From positions 71,898 to 135,897 of the forward strand of contig NZ_CAXBDD010000003.1 in NCBI RefSeq assembly GCF_963974515.1: 64,000 bases of DNA, written 5' to 3'. The notes beneath the pieces were generated by a model that was not told the origin of the DNA, searched no databases, and saw only the letters and a program-made list of their open reading frames with translations. The position numbers were made by a program, and so were the translations under genes. Positions 60,202 through 64,000 of this stretch are shown in pieces; position 1 is the stretch's first letter, and each line of letters starts with the position of its first letter. This DNA is from an uncultured Sunxiuqinia sp. GTDB lineage: Bacteria; Bacteroidota; Bacteroidia; Bacteroidales; Prolixibacteraceae.

Positions 60202-61125
60202 ATGAATAAAACGAAACTGCTACTTATAATTAGCCTCTTTATTTCTGCAAGCGCTTTCAGCCAACTAAGCATGGAGCGAACCGATGAGGGCATTTTATTG
60301 ATCGAGGGAAAAAAGAAAATAGCTTTTTATAAGAAAGATGCAATCATGATGAATCTGGACAAAGGGCGTAACAACTATTTTCATCCGGTTTATTTGCCCG
60401 ATGGAACCTTGATTACAGAAGATGCCCCGGCGGATCATATTCATCACCGAGGAATTTTTTGGGCCTGGCACCAGGTTTTGATTGATGGCAAGCTCATTGG
60501 CGATCAGTGGGAGTTGAAGGATTTTATTCATGATGTGAAGTCGGTCGAGTTTCATAGGGTAGAAGAGGGCATGGCGTCTTTGAAAACCATTGTTAATTGG
60601 AATTCGCCAGCCTATGAGAACGGCAAAAAACCTTTTGTGCAAGAGCGGGTGAGCGTATATATTCATGAGCAGCAAAAAAACTACCGCATTCTTCAGTTTG
60701 AAATTGAACTGAAAGCTTTAGTTGAAAATGTAGCCTTGGGTGGATCTGACGATGTGAAAGGCTATGGCGGTTTTTCGGTTCGCGTCAAGTTGCCTGCCGA
60801 TGTCGTTTTTTCTTCGGATGACGGGGTATTGATCCCTCATAATGAGGCTGTTAAGGCTGGAGATTATGTCAATGTTTCCGGCTCTATGGCTCAGCACTCA
60901 CAGCCGGGAGGTGTTTTAATTTATTCGGCCAATGAATTTGAAACCGCAAACGACTGGATTTTACGCAGTGAAAACAGCATGCAAAATGCCGTTTGGCCGG
61001 GGCGTCAACCAGTAGCTTTATCCGAGAGCGAACCGACCGTGCTGCGCTATGCCGTTGTCCTCTACTCAGGCAAGGTCAAGGAAAAACGATTGCTGAAAAA
61101 CCTTCGCAAGTTGTCGTGGAATTAA
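60202..61125 (+). CDS. Exported PmoA-like/DUF6807 family protein
   Basis: Signal peptide; YFHPVY, DHIHHRGIFWAW and KGYGGFSVR motifs. Confidence 0.75.
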   Translation: MNKTKLLLIISLFISASAFSQLSMERTDEGILLIEGKKKIAFYKKDAIMMNLDKGRNNYFHPVYLPDGTLITEDAPADHIHHRGIFWAWHQVLIDGKLIGDQWELKDFIHDVKSVEFHRVEEGMASLKTIVNWNSPAYENGKKPFVQERVSVYIHEQQKNYRILQFEIELKALVENVALGGSDDVKGYGGFSVRVKLPADVVFSSDDGVLIPHNEAVKAGDYVNVSGSMAQHSQPGGVLIYSANEFETANDWILRSENSMQNAVWPGRQPVALSESEPTVLRYAVVLYSGKVKEKRLLKNLRKLSWN

Positions 61126-62168
61126 ACAAAAATGGTTCTGCCTTCTTCGTGGCTTTGCAGGCAACAATTCAGAATATGAATCACATCACGGCTTTCTTCC
61201 GGTTTTACCGCGAGTTCTTTTCCGTTGACCAGAACGTCGTACAGGTTTTCGTAGAATGCCGTGTAGTTTCCTGCCAGAGTTTCAATCGTACCATTGTAGT
61301 TCAGCCCATTCCATTCGGAGTTAATGATTCCCCAATTTTCTTCCGGTTCGGTTCCCCAGCCGTCTTCGTCAGGCAGGTGCCCGGCTTTCAGCATTTCTTC
61401 CTGAAGGTCAATTCCCCATTTATGGAACGTACCCAAAGTGCCATAAAGGCTGTAGCGCGGCCCCGGCTCACGAACCAGGTAGGATGATTTTAGAATAGCG
61501 GCGAAATTTCCGTATTGCAAACGAATATCGTAATAGTCGTTTACCTCGCCGCCATCGCGTAAAATAGCTAAATGTGCAGTCACGGACTGTGGTAATCCGA
61601 AAAGCTGCAACACCTGATCGACCATGTGCGAGCCCAGGTTGAAAAGCACGCCGTGGCGTTTGTCACCTTCTTCTTTCCAGGTTCCCTCCTGTACGTAATT
61701 CCGGTAGCGGTCGAAATGCGATTCAAACTCAACCAGCCGGCCAATCATACCGCTTTCCAAAAGTTTTTTCACAGTCAAAAAATCACCATCCCAGCGCCGG
61801 TTTTGGTAAACCGAAAGCACAAGGTTATTTTCTTTTGCCAACTGAATCAGTTTGTTAGCCTGTTCAATTTCATGGGTAAAGGGCTTTTCAACCACGACAT
61901 GCTTTCCTGCGTCGAGTGCCTGTTTGCACATGGAATAATGAAAGACATCAGGCGTATTGATAATCACCAAATCAACTTCCGGTTGGTTGATCAGGGCTTC
62001 AAAACTTCTGATGATTCGAGCTTGCGGGTAGGCTTCAGCCGACAAGTTTTTAGTCCGTTCCAAAATTGAATGAATATTGAAATTGGGATTAACTCTTAAA
62101 CTGGGGCCATGAAAAACCATCCCTGACATGCCAAAAGAGGCGATTGCTGTTTGTATTATTTTAGCCAT
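61122..62168 (-). CDS. Gfo/Idh/MocA family oxidoreductase
   Basis: FGMSG, HVVVEKPF, YQNRRWDGDF, GSHMVDQ. Confidence 0.92.
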   Translation of the reverse strand: MAKIIQTAIASFGMSGMVFHGPSLRVNPNFNIHSILERTKNLSAEAYPQARIIRSFEALINQPEVDLVIINTPDVFHYSMCKQALDAGKHVVVEKPFTHEIEQANKLIQLAKENNLVLSVYQNRRWDGDFLTVKKLLESGMIGRLVEFESHFDRYRNYVQEGTWKEEGDKRHGVLFNLGSHMVDQVLQLFGLPQSVTAHLAILRDGGEVNDYYDIRLQYGNFAAILKSSYLVREPGPRYSLYGTLGTFHKWGIDLQEEMLKAGHLPDEDGWGTEPEENWGIINSEWNGLNYNGTIETLAGNYTAFYENLYDVLVNGKELAVKPEESRDVIHILNCCLQSHEEGRTIFV

Positions 62169-62326
62169 TGTACAAAGTTTTCCACTAAAATAGCAAAATG
62201 TTTTATGTTGTTAAAAATAGTTTTAAAACATTTCCAAAATAAGGTATTATAGAACAGTTTTTGAATTTTTATACCCTTTCAGTTTGTAGCTTTATTGTTG
62301 CGGAGCTAATTAAAATTCAAATAACG

Positions 62327-63046
62327 ATGAAAAATTTTCTGAGCAACTATTTGTCCGACTTCTCAACCCAGGAGAAGAAAACAAAGTATCCGGGGCCGGT
62401 TGTTATGATTTCGAGGGAATGTGGCTGTTCTGCCAAACCAATTGCGATTAAATTATCAAAAATTCTTTCAGGCTACAGCTACCAGTCCGAAACGCAAACC
62501 GAGTCGGAATGGAAATGGGTAAGTAAGGAGATTATCGAAGAGGCTGCTTTGGAATTGGAAATGGAGCCGGGGAGGATAAAAAGCGTTTTCCTATCCGAAG
62601 CAAAGACTCATCTGCACGAGGTGACCACTGCGTTCTCGGTTGATAAGGTTTACGACGCAGATGACCAAGAGGTCATTGATACGGTTCGCGATGTCATTTT
62701 ACGGATCGCTGAGGTGGGCAATTTTATTATTGTTGGTCGTGCTGCCGGATCGATTGCCCGCGATATTTCACAGAAATTGAGTATTAAACTCCAGGCGCCT
62801 TTAGATTGGCGGATTAACCGGATTATGCAGGTGAGTAACATGACCAAAAGCGAAGCACAAGCTTATGTTATTGAAATTGATCGTCAGCGTGAATTGTTTG
62901 TGGAACACGTGAATGGACAGAAAATGAATAGCTGCGATTTTGACTTGATTTTCAATTACGCCACTATGCAGGATGATTGCATTGTAGATGCAGTGGTCAA
63001 TGTAATGAAAAACAAACGAATGATCGTTGGCAGCGAAAATGAATAG
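62327..63046 (+). CDS. Cytidylate kinase-like family protein
   Basis: MISRECGC, IIVGRAA, LQAPLDWRI, IDRQR..F, DLIFN. Confidence 0.85.
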   Translation: MKNFLSNYLSDFSTQEKKTKYPGPVVMISRECGCSAKPIAIKLSKILSGYSYQSETQTESEWKWVSKEIIEEAALELEMEPGRIKSVFLSEAKTHLHEVTTAFSVDKVYDADDQEVIDTVRDVILRIAEVGNFIIVGRAAGSIARDISQKLSIKLQAPLDWRINRIMQVSNMTKSEAQAYVIEIDRQRELFVEHVNGQKMNSCDFDLIFNYATMQDDCIVDAVVNVMKNKRMIVGSENE

Positions 63047-63074
63047 AGTTTATTGTTAGATCGGGGTTTTTTAT

Positions 63075-63110
63075 GAAAAAAGCCATCTGTCTGATGACGG
63101 ATGGCTTTCT
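63075..63110. terminator. Terminator downstream of rplI
   Basis: A-run; aagccatctgtc/gacggatggctt stem. Confidence 0.75.
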
Positions 63111-63152
63111 ATTGTGTTTGAAAAAATGTGTCTGATGTGTGTAAATCTAAAA

Positions 63153-63602
63153 CTACTCTTCGGTAATTACTTCAAAATCAAAATCAACAACAACTTCTTT
63201 GTGCAGTTTGATTTTGGCAGTGTATTTACCAACTTCTTTAATGCTGTCTTCAGCAATTTTAATTTGTTTCCGGTCAATTTCAAATCCTTTTTTGTTGATA
63301 GCTTCTGCTAACTGGATGGTGTTGACTGAACCGAAAATTTTACCTGAAGAACTGGTTTTGGTTGCGATAACAACTTGCTTGTTTTTCAGTTTTTCTGCAA
63401 TTGCCAAAGCTTCATCTTTCAATTTCGCTTCTTTGTGGGCACGTTGCCGGGTGTTTTCAGCCAAAACTTTTTTAGCTGATTCAGTTGCGACGATCGCTTT
63501 TTTGCCCGGGATTAAAAAGTTACGACCATAACCGTCTTTCACCGTTACCATGTCGTCTTTGCTCCCCAGGTTCTGAACGTCTTGTAATAAAATAATTTCC
63601 AT
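63153..63602 (-). CDS. rplI: 50S ribosomal protein L9
   Basis: MEIILLQDV..LG...VKDGYGRNFLIP, KIFGSV. Confidence 0.97.
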   Translation of the reverse strand: MEIILLQDVQNLGSKDDMVTVKDGYGRNFLIPGKKAIVATESAKKVLAENTRQRAHKEAKLKDEALAIAEKLKNKQVVIATKTSSSGKIFGSVNTIQLAEAINKKGFEIDRKQIKIAEDSIKEVGKYTAKIKLHKEVVVDFDFEVITEE

Positions 63603-63620
63603 CTGTCTAAATTCTTTAAA

Positions 63621-63890
63621 TTATTTCAACATATCTGTTAAGTAGGGCAGCATCGCTAAATGGCGTGATCTTTTAACTGCTTTGGCCACTTTGCGTTGAT
63701 ATTTCAACGAAGTACCAGTGATACGACGAGGAAGAATACGACCTTGTTCGTTCAGGAATTTTTTCAAAAACTCAGGATCTTTGTAATCCACGTATTTGAT
63801 TTTATTCTTTTTGAAACGGCAGTATTTTTTCTTTTTAATTTCAACTGACGGGGGAGTCAGATACCTGATTTCACTTTGATTGTTAGCCAT
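63621..63890 (-). CDS. rpsR: 30S ribosomal protein S18
   Basis: [22 protein letters not shown]. Confidence 0.97.
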   Translation of the reverse strand: MANNQSEIRYLTPPSVEIKKKKYCRFKKNKIKYVDYKDPEFLKKFLNEQGRILPRRITGTSLKYQRKVAKAVKRSRHLAMLPYLTDMLK

Positions 63891-63893
63891 AGC

Positions 63894-64000
63894 TTAATTC
63901 TCCTTTTCAGATTTTTTAGCTTTCAAATTATTTTTTCTCTTCTCACTGTACTCCGCAGCGTATTTATCCAACTTGAAAGTCAGGAAACGGATGATACGCT
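63894..64000 (-). CDS. rpsF: 30S ribosomal protein S6, C-terminal part (truncated by window edge)
   Basis: Hand translation RIIRFLTFKLDKYAAEYSEKRKNNLKAKKSEKEN*, directly upstream of rpsR. Confidence 0.92.
   Translation of the reverse strand, partial: RIIRFLTFKLDKYAAEYSEKRKNNLKAKKSEKEN

Noticed and set aside
60202-61125. PmoA label suggesting methane oxidation
   Set aside because: Soluble exported protein with a historically misleading family name; no pmoCAB operon or membrane topology
1-64000. tRNA, rRNA, CRISPR arrays, IS elements, known riboswitches
   Set aside because: None recognisable by eye; an Infernal/tRNAscan run would be needed to exclude divergent RNAs

Overview
A 64-kb chromosomal window from a Bacteroidota bacterium, most likely Prolixibacteraceae/Marinilabiliales. 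That call rests on TAnnTTTG promoters, A-rich translation starts without Shine-Dalgarno sequences, the rpmB-rpmG-DUF4295 and ftsY-rimO gene order, and DUF5606/DUF4293/DUF4159. About 62 CDS are supported. Most are housekeeping: fumarase (partial), an AddA-like helicase-nuclease, sucA-sucB, PFOR, RNA-modification enzymes (TrhO, Dus, RluA family, RimO, U32), a DEAD-box helicase and ribosomal proteins. There are also redox/metal-stress genes (CopB cluster, MsrB, Prx, Isf, truncated haemoglobin). I saw no tRNA, rRNA, CRISPR array, integrase or transposase. The strongest signal is a three-gene DNA-damage module between DUF4295 and ftsY. It comprises a radical-SAM/HhH protein plus a TIGR03915-type partner, transcribed divergently from a CI/LexA-like HTH-S24 repressor. 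Two tandem CTAA-N5-TTAG operators lie between them, and the repressor mRNA appears leaderless. Other leads: a DUF4242-cyclase-like-AraC sensor next to a truncated haemoglobin within unexplained DNA, a probable leader peptide/attenuator ahead of a methyltransferase, a sigma54-like promoter with an upstream palindrome at the copper cluster, an orphan sRNA candidate, and an AAA ATPase with a natural Walker-B E-to-Q substitution. All family assignments come from motif recognition, not database searches.
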